Below are positions 49,960 through 62,960 of a stretch of 64,000 nt of DNA, one piece after another. The DNA lies in assembly GCF_018350175.1 (NCBI RefSeq), contig NC_058373.1, forward strand, positions 114,082,001 to 114,146,000. The letters run 5' to 3'. Numbering within the stretch: position 1 is the first letter of the stretch; every line of letters begins with the position of its first letter. The DNA is from Felis catus. Its lineage: Eukaryota. A model generated the notes under the pieces. The model was not told the origin of the DNA. It saw nothing but the letters and a program-made list of their open reading frames with translations, and made no database searches. Both the position numbers and the translations under genes were made by a program.

Positions 49960-51450
49960 ACCTCTGCGCAAGATAAAGTCAGGAGAGGCTGTGCCACAGG
50001 ACAACAGCATAATAAATCCCCTCCGGCCTCCTCCGGGGCTCATTGTTCTATTGCAGCAGTTGTTTTGAGTATGATCAAAAGGAAGGAAGAGCACTGTGCT
50101 ATCAGGCTGGGGAAGAAGGATGCTCTCCTGACCGCTCCTGTTGCCCTTGGCCACCCTCGTTTTAAATATGAGGAAACCGAAGGGCAAATTGCAGCCTAAC
50201 CCCAGCCGCATGTGAGGCTCAGCCAATCACTCCAAGGCCCCCTGGACCTCTGGTGAGGCAGCAATCCTGTCCAGACTTGCTGACAGCCACCTGGGTTACC
50301 CTGGCCTTGTCCTTTCGCCCTGGGCAGGGGGCCGGGAGGCCCTGGCTCAGGGTCAGCAGCAGTGTGGGGAGGGCGCTGGAAGTGGGCCCTGGAGTGGCTG
50401 CTCAGCTGTTGTTTACCCCTTGGGCTGAGAACTGAGGCCATTAGGCCACAGCCATTGGAAATCACAGGCCAGAAAAGGAATTCCCGAATCTGGCTGGCCT
50501 GGTGCCTATGGCTCAAGACAGCGAATAGCTCAGGTTCTTGGGAAGGTGGTATCTTCAGGACTCACGGCCTTTCCTACACGGAGCCAAGTCTGGGCTTGGG
50601 CACAGGTGGTACGCACCTCAGCCCCCAAGGCTGGATTCCTGCAGGGAACTGGAGCAGAAAGCATCGGCTTCCTTGAGGCGGGAAGGGTGGAGCTGAGGGT
50701 TCCTCCCGAAGACTGCAGGCTCGGGGAGCCCTTTGCTTCTCCCCAATGTCTGCCCTGCCTGACGCCCAGAGTCTGATTCACCAGGTGCCCGGTCACCTTT
50801 GTCTGGGCTGGAGGCCACGTCTGAGCCATCAAAGGCACCTCAATGGGGGAGGATGTCAATGTGCTTCCTCAACCAGAAAGGTGGTTTGAGTTCGGCCGAA
50901 GCAGCCCAAGCAAACAAGCAGAAGCCTGTCAATTGAAAGATGGGGGCTGCTGGGAGATCACACGACAACAAAATGAGAACCATTATCAGTCTCGTCCCAG
51001 CCTGAAGGAGGGAGAGCCTTTGAAGCCACAGACAGGCTGAACAGAACTTTCCACCTGAGAGGCGCTGGAGGTGGGAGGTCAGGCTGCACCCAGCCCCCAC
51101 AAAAACTGATCAAAGCCTGCTGCAGAGGGAGGGGCCCGCAGCTGCAGCCCTGCTCCCCCCACGGGCCGCCCAAGGCTTTCTGAAGGCAACCGGGCGGCCC
51201 TTTCGGGGGGCCTGTGGGAAAACCCGGCACAGATGCACTGTAGCCAACCCCCCCAGAGCTGCTGGGACAGGGGAAATAACCCCCTCAGTGGTCCTGAAAA
51301 GAAGAGGGAGGGAATCAAAGCACATGGAAAATGCTAAGACCACCCACCTGATGAGCGCCTACCTTTTGGGGAAACAATAACTCCTGGCTTCCCAGGCGCA
51401 CTTCTGAAAGAACAAACAGACTGAACAGGCTGCCTCAAAGCTCCGTGCAC
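49960..51450. promoter_or_regulatory. Candidate enhancer (TCF/LEF, SOX and GATA motifs; GC/CpG-enriched, no recognised repeats)
   Basis: ATCAAAG at 50828, 51109 and 51314; CATTGTT at 50041; AACAAT at 51373; AGATAA at about 49971. Confidence 0.4.
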
Positions 51451-52249
51451 AGAGGGATTTGTGGGACGCCCGGCCCCTCATAAGCATCGGAAGCTTAATT
51501 TGAAGTGTGTTGGCCTCTCGGTGCTATTCAGGGTCTCCTAACATCCACTCTCCTCCCTGGCAACCTGAGAAACAACAAGAAGCCTCATTCAGGGCACAAC
51601 ACGGTCCTGTGGGGATGCCCTTAGTGCACTTCTCTCAGACTGGACAGTGCTATCTGCCAGGGAACATTCTAGTGTCATCTTCCACGCTGGACCCGGGGCA
51701 TGAGGGAATTGATGAAAAGGCTCTGCCTTGAATGCGGTGCTGGTCCTGCCTGGACTGGACAGCCTCAGCCCACCCTGCTGGCCTCGTGCCCCTTCCCTCC
51801 TGCCTGGAGCTCGCCTTCTGTGGACGGGCACTTCATGGAGCCCACGAAGAGGCTGCAACAAAGCAAAGCCATTTCCACTGTGCTCTCCTTCTCAAAAGGA
51901 TGGGAAAGTTCTTTTCTTCTCCTTCCTGGGAAAGGATTTGAAGGGAGGGTGGAGGGGGATACTAATGTGGAGGCCTGAGAGGTATTTATGTAGGGAGGGA
52001 ATGTATGGAGGAAATGGGTTGCCCAGGAGCACTGGGGGAAACCGAGATGAGAAAGTTCCAGAACTGCTGGTTTAACCAGCTGGCATTCTTTCCAAGATAT
52101 GGGTGAGCAAGGACTAGACAGAGGGCCTCAGGGAGGAGAAAAACAGAAATGAGGGGAGAGACATTTCCTCTCCCCCTCCTCCAGAGGCCAGATCCTAAAG
52201 AGGGGGGTGGGCAGCCAGGAATGGCTGACCGGCCACCCACTACTCACTG

Positions 52250-52420
52250 TGAGATTTATATCTTTATATTACTTTGCCCCGAGCGATAGATGGGATCATC
52301 TCCATTTTACAGGTGACAAAACAGAGATTCGAAGAATTAACCAAGGCTTTCCGAAGGGCACATGGAACTGCCAGGCTGGAACTCAGTCCTCAGGTGGCCT
52401 GGCTCCAGAGTTCATAACCT
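52250..52420 (-). mobile_element. MIR SINE
   Basis: catctccattttacaggtgacaaaacagagattcgaagaattaacc...ggctggaactcag..tggctccagagttcat. Confidence 0.7.
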
Positions 52421-53819
52421 TTCCCTGCTCTTCCCAGGCCTGCCCGGCCTCTCGGGGCCAGGCACGTGTTAGCAGAGGCTCAGGCAACTCTTCGTTAGGT
52501 TGAACGGAACTGAGCAGCCCAACACTCGCTGGCCTCTTCCGACCTGACTGAGAGGAATCCTTTTGAGGGTCCGGGTTATGGAAAGAAATTCTCCGAGGCA
52601 CCAAATAAAATCCTGCTCTGAGGTGCAAGGAGGTCTTTTTTGAAATTAATACCTAATAAAGTTTACACAGACCCCCAAAAGGAAAAACAGAAGGGAACTG
52701 GAACAATAAAAAAGCAGAGTAGGTAGATTATAAAACTTCAGAGTGTTGTCTTTCATCCAGGAAGCACAAAGCATTCACAGGCTCTAATTACATCTTCGTC
52801 CCCATGGCCCTTTCTGAAGTTGGTAGGCACATGCATGTTAACAGTACCCCTCATTTTAGGCATGGATGGATTTGGGTACCGAAAGCTTTAGCACTTCTCC
52901 CCGAGGCAAACAGAACATGGTCGCATTCCCCAAACCTGTGTCGGATGCTACCTCCAGCTGTTTCCTGACTCAGCAAATAAAACCAAGTTTTTGGGGGAGG
53001 TTTGAGGGGGTAGGGGAGAGGTTTGAGTGGCTCAACGGTCTAGGAATAAGGGGGGTAGAGCTGAGGAATTAGACCTCACTTTGGCCTGCATACAGTATAG
53101 ATTCCCCCTTTGTTCACCCACATGCTCATTCTTCAATTTAGGCACGTGTTCATTGTGTTCATCAATGGGTGCTAACAGTCACGGAGGCCTGGGCCGGGCC
53201 ACTCACGTTAGGTGGTGCCATGCTGGACAGTAAGCACCTCCGATGATGGAGATGGGAAGACAGTGTCTGGGCTGACACCCACCTGTGGGAATTGGGGGGG
53301 AAATTGCTCCTGGTGGACACAGTGGATGTTGAGGTTCAGACAGCTAGGGATGCTAAAGAGAACTTAATTGCAAGGGAGTAATCTTTTTTGTTTGTTTGTT
53401 TGTTTGTTTTGTTTTTGTTTTTTGCTGGTTCACATCCAACCATCTCATTTCTTGGCTTTAATAATATAATAATAATAATTGCACATGGCTTTTTAATGGC
53501 TCGCCACTGCTAAACAAATTTCTTCACTAGACCCTGAAGCCCTTTCATAGTATGACTCCATCTGGGACCCCTTCCTGTTCCCCTTCTAACCTCTGTGCAG
53601 TGATTCTCAATTTCTGGGCTGTAGACCTATGGTCAGGGGCATGGAGTTTCAGGAAGGTGTAACTCTGTGCACCATGCCAAATATGGGCTGCATCCCAAAT
53701 GAATAGTATGCAAAAAGCTAATTTGAAAGAGTTGTCAATGTCTAGCAGCTCTTTCTCATTATGTGTGTTCTTGGGTACTAAAGTTCAACAATTATTATAA
53801 GAAAGGGCCTGCGTTATGG

Positions 53820-54045
53820 TAATGGTTTTCAAACTGGGGTCCAAGGATCCCCTCAGAGAGTCCCTGAAATAGAGCTGGGGGAAGGATCAGGATGGAGCCC
53901 GAGCAGATGGGACCACCCCCACCCCACCCTCCAACACACAACTAACTCATCCCCTCCCCTTGCAACCAGAGCATCTCTGCTTTTATAACTTTTGCACACT
54001 GGCCTTTCTGGTAAGATTTTATTTGAAAAAAGGACTCTGCTGGGG
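53820..54045. mobile_element. MER103-like hAT-Charlie relic
   Basis: aatggttttcaaactgggg ... caaccagagcatctctgcttttat...gtaagattttatttgaaaaaaggactctgctg. Confidence 0.6.
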
Positions 54046-54902
54046 AATACAGTGGGGTGGAGTTTACAGGCAGTGGCTAAGGACAAAGTACATGTACCTC
54101 TAGCTTGCAACTTGCTAGTGTCCAGGGGAGCAGTGAGAACTCTGTCACAGCCCTGCATGGGCCTACCATGAGTAAATTGTGGTGTGTAAATGGTGCGAGG
54201 GAAGCCATTCCCTCTGTCCAGACCCACCGAGGAAGCGCCCCAGGTTAGTTAGTTTGTTAGATGCATTAAGTCCATCTGGCTCTTGGACATAAAAGATGAA
54301 GTTGCACTTTAGCCAGTCCTATTGTCAATGCAAAAAGCGTCCCTTTTCCTCATGTAATGCGCCATTTACCACTGTCCAGGGAGGGAAGGGAAACCCCCTA
54401 CATACCAGCTCTTCTTGTGTGTCAAAGTTCCCAGTGGGGTAGTGGTCACTTGGGCCTATTTCCATCCCTGAATTTCTTGTTCATTGGGCTGGTGCCTCCC
54501 ACCCAGGCCTTTGGACCACATGGCTTGCCCTCAGGTACCTTGGGCCAATAAGAGGTGGCAAAGCAGAACCCTGAGAGAGGACTTCTGGAAATTCTTCAAC
54601 TGAGCCTCTATCTTCTTAGCCTGGTTTCAGAGCAAAAAATAAAGAAATGCCCCAAGCATTCTAGAACAGTGCTCATTAGCATGTGAGACTCAGGCAGGAG
54701 ACTGGAAGGGATGCCTTTGTCCCTGCTTTTCACTCTGCTGTCCACACATACCTGTAAAAGCCGCCTTCCGAACACGCAGACTTGGGGTAAATGCTACAAA
54801 AGGGATGGCAGAACTCTCTTTTATGAACACCCCGTCAGAGACACAAGAGAAACAATGGCAAGCAGACCCAGGCCTGTCATGGCTATGACTGAGACGATTG
54901 GA

Positions 54903-54905
<3 letters not shown>

Positions 54906-54947
<42 letters not shown>
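54906..54947. repeat. (TG)21 microsatellite
   Basis: Perfect TG run, embedded in a longer alternating purine/pyrimidine tract. Confidence 0.97.
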
Positions 54948-54951
<4 letters not shown>

Positions 54952-57900
54952 CACATGCACATGTGCGCATTTCAGACTATAAATATGGCTCTGAGTTCCC
55001 GTGTGCTGGGGGTAGGCTGAGGGGGCAAAAAGTTATGTGTGTGTCAGAGGGTTTCAGGGAGCACCCACACACCTAGATGCTCAAATTTATAGAGGGGGCT
55101 AGTGGGGAACTAAGGGAAAGTTTTCAGATTGGGAGAGTGTCTGTGTATGAGCACAGACCTCTGCTCATGTGCGTTGGGGGAAACGGGAAATTTTGTGTTT
55201 GGGTGTATACACATGCATGGCATGTGTACATGCATTCAAGTGTGCAAAGGGAAAGCTAAAAGAAAGTTTCGAGAGTCTGTAAAAATTCTCAGTTAGAAGA
55301 ATATCTGGCAACTCCCCATACCACAGGTTGGTACACATTCAGTGCTTGTGAAGTTCATTTCCTGTACTAGTTACCAGGCCTTGTTTATACAGGACACAAA
55401 ATACGATTTAGAGCAAAAAACTCCAGGTATCAGAGGTGAATTGAGGGACAGTGTGTTTCAAGAGGGTGGGGAAGCAGAGTGGAAGGGGGGCGGTCACTGC
55501 CCTGTGTCTTTTGAAGGACCAATGAAACCAATTTTCAATATCAATCCATAATTCCCACCCTTATATGCTTTGGAGAGAGAGAGAAGGTAGAGATCTAATT
55601 TTAAAATTCTGTCCTTCATTGCTCTGAAGCCATTTTAGCGCCCAGTCTGCTCATCCAATAGCAGCTGGACATTCTTGTGTGTTTATGTGTTTTTAAACTT
55701 GTCTGGCTTGTTCCACTCTGAGCTTTAGTTTGTGAGCCTGGCCCCAGGAAGTGTTTATGAGTTTTTTCACTGTGCTTTCCTCTGACTTGCTTTGGTTTGA
55801 TGGCACAGAAGGGTAAAGCTTGACTTAAGCACTCTGTTCTTTGTTTGAGGGCCCCAGATCATATGGAGTCCTCAGGCTGGCATCCACAGTGAAGTTGGAC
55901 AGTTTGACCCAACACCACCATGGCAAGCATATGAGCAGACATTTCTGAACACCTCAATATGGGGAGAAACCGCACTCTACAAACAAACTCCTTGGCATGC
56001 GACCTCCTCAGAGTTATCTTGCCAGTATATTCATCCATGTGACACTCAGCTCATAATAAATGCTCAGGGTCTGCTAATTAACCATGGTGCATTCTATTCT
56101 AATCAAGGGCCATGAAGCCATTATCAGGGTCAACAGAGCCAACATTGCTCTTCAGCACAGAGCAGGACTTTGTTGGATCAAGTGTCCTGAACACACGTGG
56201 GACTCTGATGCACCCGTGTGAGAGTCATGAGCCTCTCTCTGCTCTTGCTCCAGTCTAGACTCAAGGAAGGAGTGTTAAAATCTGGGTTTGGGGTTCTGTA
56301 AGGCAGAAAGCCCGATCCTATCAGGAAACCAAGTCTAGACAAAACAGAGCTTCGAAGATCACACCCACTCTTTGCTGGTGGAAGCAGAGTGCCAATCAGG
56401 GGTTATGTTAGGGAGCCTCATTGGGAGGCAGAAGCCAGAGGAGCCATACCTTGTCCTCTCTCAGGCCAAGGTCTAAGCCCTGCTTGAGGCTGTTTCTGAG
56501 CACAGAGCTCCTATGGTGGGGGGACCCAAAAATGCTAATGGGGTCATTTCCCAGGCTTTTCCCTGGTCCAATGCAGGACTTCAGTTGTTTATGGTGATAG
56601 AGTTTGCTTTTTACTCCATCCCTGCTCTGTTGGCATCCTTCATCACCTTCAGGCAATTCACAATATCTCATCACTAAGAAACCTCCGAACAATAGCAGGA
56701 CTCTAGAGATTGGGACCCATGACTCCTCAGTGAGTTCTGAATCTCCTTTGAAGCCATGCCTAAAGTTCAGGGAGAAGCTTGCCAAGGAAAAAGGCCTTGA
56801 GACAGCAGTGGAGATGGAGACAGTAAGGTACAGAGCATTATCCTTTATAGGACCTCTCGGCTGGGGGACTTTACATAGAGTTAACACTCTATGCAAGCTA
56901 GTGTAGCACTCTGTTGATCTGTGATTCCATTTAAGGCCCAACACAGCCCCCTTCCAGAGTGTTCCAGGCAACTGTGGTCGCAGCCTAGGAGATGTCCTTT
57001 CTTGGCTGGAAGTGCCTCCACCTGGAGCCGGGCCTGGCCCTGAAGGAAACAGGCTCCTGTGGGAAGAGATCTGCACTTGCCCCTCCTGCTCCAAGGCAGC
57101 AGCTTTCTGGGTGTCATCCGTTTGCCTGCCAAGACTAGTCCCTGGGGGGGATGCTGATTTTTCAGGTTTCCCTGCCTGTCCCCGCAATAACCCCAGCAAT
57201 TACTTGCCCCCCTAACAGCCTTGGAAGGGGGCCTGATTGCATTTCCAGACAGCAGCATTTGCATCAGGAGCTCTTCACTCAGGTTTCCTTACAGAGGGGC
57301 TTGCTTTCAGGGAAGGGTGGGGTTCCTCTCCTCTGTCCTCCCCAGGAGCCCCTCATACCCCTCCATCACTGTGCCTGTAATAGGATCATAATCCACCCCT
57401 TCCTCGTGTCTTCCCCTGCTAGCCTGGATGACCCTGAGGGCTGTCTTCTAGGCACACTGGTGAGTGGTGGGCAGCCTGGGGTCCTTATTGAATGAGGGTC
57501 ATCTAGGGCCCAGAAGGCCTGCACTGAGTACCCCAACACTCACTAGCCATTGGGCTTTAGATAAAGGTGCTTTTCAAGGGGTCTGGCCTGAGTCTCCTCC
57601 CCATCCACTGATACTCAATGCTACATTCCTTTAATCTAAAATATGAAATTGTAGTTCTCTGAGCCTCTCAATGGATCATTTGTAGAGCCATACATGAAAA
57701 AACTTTATAAAATGGCCAGTACAACATATATAAGGAGTGGTGTTATGTTAAAGCCCCCCAGCTCCCTTCATTACCATCATCCGATGAATGGAAGATCTTT
57801 CTGTGACTCGGAGGCCTGGTTCTTCCTATCTGTGCTGTTTCCCACGTGACCTTCAGTGAGTTGCTTTCTCTCAATGACTCTGTTTTTTCACCTGTGAAAT

Positions 57901-58124
57901 GGAAGTACAGAATTGTCAGGACAAATACTTTGGACACTTAACTGAGTGGCATGATTGTTGGTATTGTTCTTTACAGCCATTGTTTAAATGACATAGAGCC
58001 ACTTTCCTGAAGAGCTATGTTTAGAAGGAACTAGACCTCAGATGTGGGATGTGGGATGTGGGAACAGATCCTAAGTCTGTCCTTTGTTGTCATGAAAGTA
58101 CACCTCCCCAGTACTTCTCCAGCA

Positions 58125-58310
58125 GAGGGGTCAGCAAACTTTTGCAGCAAGGGACACAGAGTATATATTGTCAGCTTTGTGGGCCATAGGGTCTCTGTCA
58201 CAACTACTAAAGCAGTCATAGACCATATATAAACGAATGGACATGACTGAGTTGCAATAAAACTTTTATTTACAAAATTTGGCCCATGGGCCATGGTTTG
58301 CCAACCCCTA
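58125..58310 (+). mobile_element. MER58A (hAT-Charlie MITE)
   Basis: Terminal inverted repeats aggggtcagcaaact / ggtttgccaacccct. Internal gctttgtgggccatagggtctctgtcacaactact and caataaaacttttatttacaaaa. Confidence 0.92.
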
Positions 58311-61059
58311 TTCTAGCTCGGGATAGGTGCTCAGGATAAACTTGGGAAATTGGTGTGTTGTCGATAGGTGAATAGAGACCTCTGTGCTCATCCAGATCCT
58401 TGATTCTAATTCTGTTTACACAGGCCCAGATTCTGTGTTCCCACCATGGGGTCACAGCCGCAAAGCCCTCACCTCTTACTTCACTCCCCTCCTCCAGCTC
58501 TGAGAGATCACAGGCTCATGCAAACCCACCCACTTAATGGAGAGCAGAGTTTTTGTGACTTCCAGGATCTGTCCCCTTCCCCCGCCCTCCCCAGGGCCTT
58601 TCCCCTCCATCCAGTTTGTGGGACACACAATTTGTAATCTCCTTAAAACCAAAGAAGCAAGGTCTCTGATTCATGTAGATTAAAATCAGCTGCAACCTAT
58701 TAATGGCCCAGAGCCCAAGACAGATTTTAGGAAACAAAAACACTGGACCAAATTAGACTGAACTGGACTCTGTCTCCAGGGGAGGGAGGTGGGGTAGGAG
58801 GCTGGGGGTGAGGGGAGTGGCCATGTGGTTTTAATTAATTTGGATTCTCTTCCTGAAGCTAATTCACCCAATACAAAGCATGTGTAGCGTCATGGAAGCA
58901 GCCAGCCTTGGAGCTGGGCTCTCCCTGGTGAAAGCCCCAGGTCCTGTTGGGGGGCTGGGGCTGGTTGTGTGTCTGTAATTAACAGGTTTCAAAGTGGTTA
59001 TTTTGGAAAAGAGAATTTCAGTGGCGCGTTAAAATCCTTTCATCAACCATCAGCCTGCGTCCCAAGGCCTTCAGCAAGGCCCTGGCCACTTACGGCTTCA
59101 GAGAGCTTTGAATTCCCAGGGTCTTGTTTGAGAATGTGGAGGCTTTTGCCATGGGTTTTATTAGGCTGATGGTTGCCATGATTTTCATTATGTTGTTTGG
59201 TTCCTGGGATCATAAAAATGTTTCTCTCTTCCTAGAGTACCTAAAAACATTAAAAAGAAAAGAAAAAGAAGAGCCCCTGCCTTTATGGAAGTTACATAAC
59301 ATACAAGCTGTGACTCCCTCATGGGAAGGGCCGGCTCTGCCTCTGGGCCTGGGGGAATTGGAGGTGGGGCATATCACGAGGCTGGAAGAGACCAGGCAAC
59401 CAGCCAGCATCCAGTTCTGACCCCACATCTGAGGAAACTGAGGCTTGGGGAGATGCCCCAGCTGAAGCCAGTCAGGTCTCTTCTCTCAGACTCGATCGGG
59501 TGTTCCTTATCCTCCTGGTGCATCAAGGCAGTGAACAGAGTCAGAAAGCTAGTGAAGGAGTCTGAATTCCACCGGACTCGTGCTTTAGGACACTTCTAAG
59601 AGTAGAAGGAAATGGCAAACTTACATGTAGCTTGAAATCAAATGCTGCAGTGGACAGGGAAGCCACTTAAGCCAGTGCTGGAGGTCCTGATGGTGTCAAT
59701 GGGGGGAGCTCTCCTCAGAGTCTAGACTGAGGCCCTGAGGGGAGAAGAGTCTCTGGAGACTATCTTGGCACCCAGGGCCCTGAACTGCAGAAAGGAGGGA
59801 AATAGGTACTAAATCCCGCAAGCCACAAAGATGATTTCTTACTGCTCTGAATAAAACTTCTGAAATCTGGTCAAGCTCCCAGAATCACCATATGGGGTGA
59901 CAGGAACTTTGAGTCTGCGTTATCTGATCAATGGAACGCCAGCCTGGCTTTATTTCCTATTTTGATGATGGCTACCTTCCAGAACCTTCTTTCATGAAGG
60001 ACATGAAAAATATTTTGGGAGAGTTGCTATTAAATAACCTCTGGTGCTTAAAAACAATGGATGGTCTCCAGAGCAGCAGGCCTTGCTCTCAGTAGGACAC
60101 CAGTTAGACCTAATCCACAATAAAGCTGTAATGCAGTTTTTCAGAGGTTTAGAGAGTGTCAGAACTGGGAGGGCAATTCAAGTCCAGTTCCCTCAGGCCA
60201 GTGTTACAGACAGGGAAACCGAGGCCTTAGAGCTGGAGTACAGGGTCCAGCCTATGGTTTCCAGCAATCCGGGTTTGCTCAACTACACCACTCTTCACCA
60301 GGCTACGTTCCACTTTGCCTTAGCGTTTTCATTCACTCATTCAGTACTTACTGATTACCTCTTATGTGTCAGACACTTCCAGACACTGCTAATTTTGTTT
60401 CTTTGAAGTTTTTAGAGATGAAATGAAAGAGATACAATTCTGTGAAATACATTAAAGAAGGAAAGGAAATCCCGCCCCACCCCCCCCACCCCAATCCAGG
60501 TTTTAGGAAAATGTTGAGCCTGGGCATACTAAAGAAACACCTGTTGTTCTGAGTATACCTTTCAGATGACCAAATGATATCATTGTCACATAGAGATGGG
60601 ACTTACCTAGGCTGCCTCTGCTTAAGATCGCCAGCTCACTCCCAACAGCCATCTGGGCAGCCTGTCCCAGAGGATTCTGGGACTGGAAAACATCAAGGGT
60701 TCTCTGGATCCAAGGTTGAGTGAGTGCTGGTGAGAACCCAGGCCTGTTGAAGGCATGCAGATGTATGGGTCCCTCAGTCTGTTTCCCATCATTCTCCTCC
60801 TCCAGTTCACTTGTCAGTCCTTTGCTCTTGTTTACCTCTGTGTGAATAATTCCTCGATTATAAATAGAGAACTTGGCACTGAGTTTTGGATTATCTGTGA
60901 TCTTTAATTTTCCCAGGGCAAAAGAAATTAAACCAACAAATCTCTTTGTTTCTCATGGTTCAGTATCCAAGTCATGGAAGCACTGATCTGTGTAGAGTGA
61001 GCCAAGCCTGGGCCTCCCCACCCCTCCCCACCTCCTTGCACTCACAGTAAGAAGTCATG

Positions 61060-61700
61060 CATGCATTCATTCATTCAACAAATATTCAATAAGCACCTAT
61101 GTGCCAGACTCTATTCTAGACACTGGAGCTACAGAGTAAAAAAAGACAATGTCCCTCCTTACCCTGTTTACATCTTAGTGGGGGTGACAGACAATAAGCA
61201 AACTAACCAACCACCACCACCAACAAATATATATATGCATATGTATACGTATATGTATACATCTACATATATCAACCGGTGATAAGAGCCTTGAAAAAAA
61301 GTAACGCAGGGTAGAGAGATAGGGGTGAGGGGTGCACTACTTTACACACAGTAGAGTCAGGAAGACTTTTCTGGAAAGGTGACATTAGGGAAGAGGTTGA
61401 ATGAAGAAAGAGTAAGCCATATTTGATCCCGGCAAAGAGCATTTCAGGTAGAAGGAACCCTAAGTGCAAAGGCCTGGGACAGGGACAAGTTTGATGTGTT
61501 GGGGAACAGCTAGGAGATCAGGGACCAGAGCAGAGTGAATGATGAGGATGACATGGAATAGAAAGAGAAATTGGGGAGAGGGGGGCAGCTCAGGGAAGGA
61601 AGACTTTGGCTTTTGTTCCGAACATCATGGGGTGTCTTTGGAGGCCTTGGGGCAGGGGAGTGATGTGGCAGAGATGCACACTGGAAGGCTGTCGAGAAGC
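61060..61700 (-). mobile_element. L2 LINE 3' portion
   Basis: cattcattcattcaacaaatattcaataagcacctatgtgccagac...ggaaaggtgacatt...gagcatttcaggtagaaggaac..aagtgcaaaggcc. Confidence 0.9.
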
Positions 61701-62285
61701 TGAGGAAAGCATGATGGCCCAGCATGGGTTGAATGTTTGCACTCAGACGTGTGGCAGATGGTAGCTGTACCTCACGGGTGGTGCCTGAAGTGGAAACCTT
61801 TGAGGGCTACATGTTTCAACAGGGTGGGGCTAGGCCTGGGAGCTCACTACCTCTATACCAATTAGTCTTAAGCCCAAAAAAAGGAAATGCTGATGTTTAA
61901 ATAGCAGGTTTGGGACCTGTGAGTCATAGAACCTTCAATCAACTGGGCCACTATTGGTAAGCTCTGGGAAGGTGCTGGTGCAGGGACTCAAGCTTCTGAC
62001 TGGGGTATTTGGCCTCTTGTTGGGGCCTCTAGACATACTCAGAAAAATCAAACTCAAATACAGACCTGGCCTTTAGGTGGTCTGGATGTATTTTTGGCTG
62101 ACTCTCTTGTCAGTTTCCTTCTCAGGGCCTTTCATTTTGCAAAATGCAGGCTACCTCACTGGAGAGCAGAGGCGAGAAGGGAAAGGCATAGGCTTTGGGT
62201 TCACTCAGCCTGGGATGTAACTCTTGCCTTACCACTTAACAAGTTTTCAAAAGCTTTTTGAAAAGCTACTGAACCTCCTAGAACT

Positions 62286-62497
62286 GCATTGTCCAATGCA
62301 GTAGCCACTAGCCATGTGTGGCTGTTTAAATTCTAAATCAACTAAAATAAAATAAAATAAAAAATTCAGTTCCTCAGTCCCACTTGGCACACTTCAAGTG
62401 CTCAATAGCCACATGGGGGCCAGTGACTATCATGGTACTGGAGAGTGCAAGTATAGAGCATTTCCAACATGGCAGGAAGTGCCATTGGACAGTTTTA
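62286..62497 (+). mobile_element. MER3 (hAT-Charlie)
   Basis: ctgcattgtccaatgcagtagccactagccatgtgtggctgttt...aaaattcagttcctcagtc..cacttcaagtgctcaatagccacatg...attggacag. Confidence 0.92.
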
Positions 62498-62544
62498 CTC
62501 CTTTAAAAAGGAAGCAATCCATGAGAAATTAAAAAGTTAACAAA

Positions 62545-62765
62545 GGGGCGCCTGGGTGGCGCAGTCGGTTAAGCGTCCGACTTCAGCCAGGTCACCATCT
62601 CGCGGTCCGTGAGTTCGAGCCCCGCGTCAGGCTCTGGGCTGATGGCTCAGAGCCTGGAGCCTGTTTCCGATTCTGTGTCTCCCTCTCTCTCTGCCCCTCC
62701 CCCATTCATGCTCTGTCTCTCTCTGTCCCAAAAATAGATAAACGTTGAAAAAAAAATTAAAAAAA
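62545..62765 (+). mobile_element. Young Felis-type Can-SINE (SINEC_Fc-like)
   Basis: ggggcgcctgggtggcgcagtcggttaagcgtccgacttcagccaggtca..., with CpGs intact. TSD aaaaagttaaca (62531-62542, 62766-62777). Confidence 0.98.
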
Positions 62766-62859
62766 AAAAAGTTAACATGCACAAAGCACAAGGTGCTTTG
62801 CCTGTCTCATGAAATGTGCTCAGAAAATGATAGCCATTATGATTTATCATATGAATCTC

Positions 62860-62960
62860 TGTCCTGGCTCTGCTGCTGCCTAGCTATGGGGCCAGGCACT
62901 CAACTTCTCCAAGCCTCCATTTTCTCGTCTGTAAAATGGGAAAAATAAGTAATGCTGAGT
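62860..62960 (+). mobile_element. MIR fragment
   Basis: tcctggctctgctgctgcctagctatggggccaggcactcaacttctccaagcctccattttctcgtctgtaaaatggg. Confidence 0.75.

Noticed and set aside
56408..57199. Longest ORF in the track (263 aa, minus strand)
   Set aside because: Non-ATG start, no recognisable domain, and composition typical of GC-rich non-coding DNA. There is no supporting exon structure. PhyloCSF or blastp would be needed to revive it.
62545..62630. tRNA-like A/B box sequences
   Set aside because: These are the tRNA-derived heads of Can-SINEs, followed by SINE body and tail, not tRNA genes.
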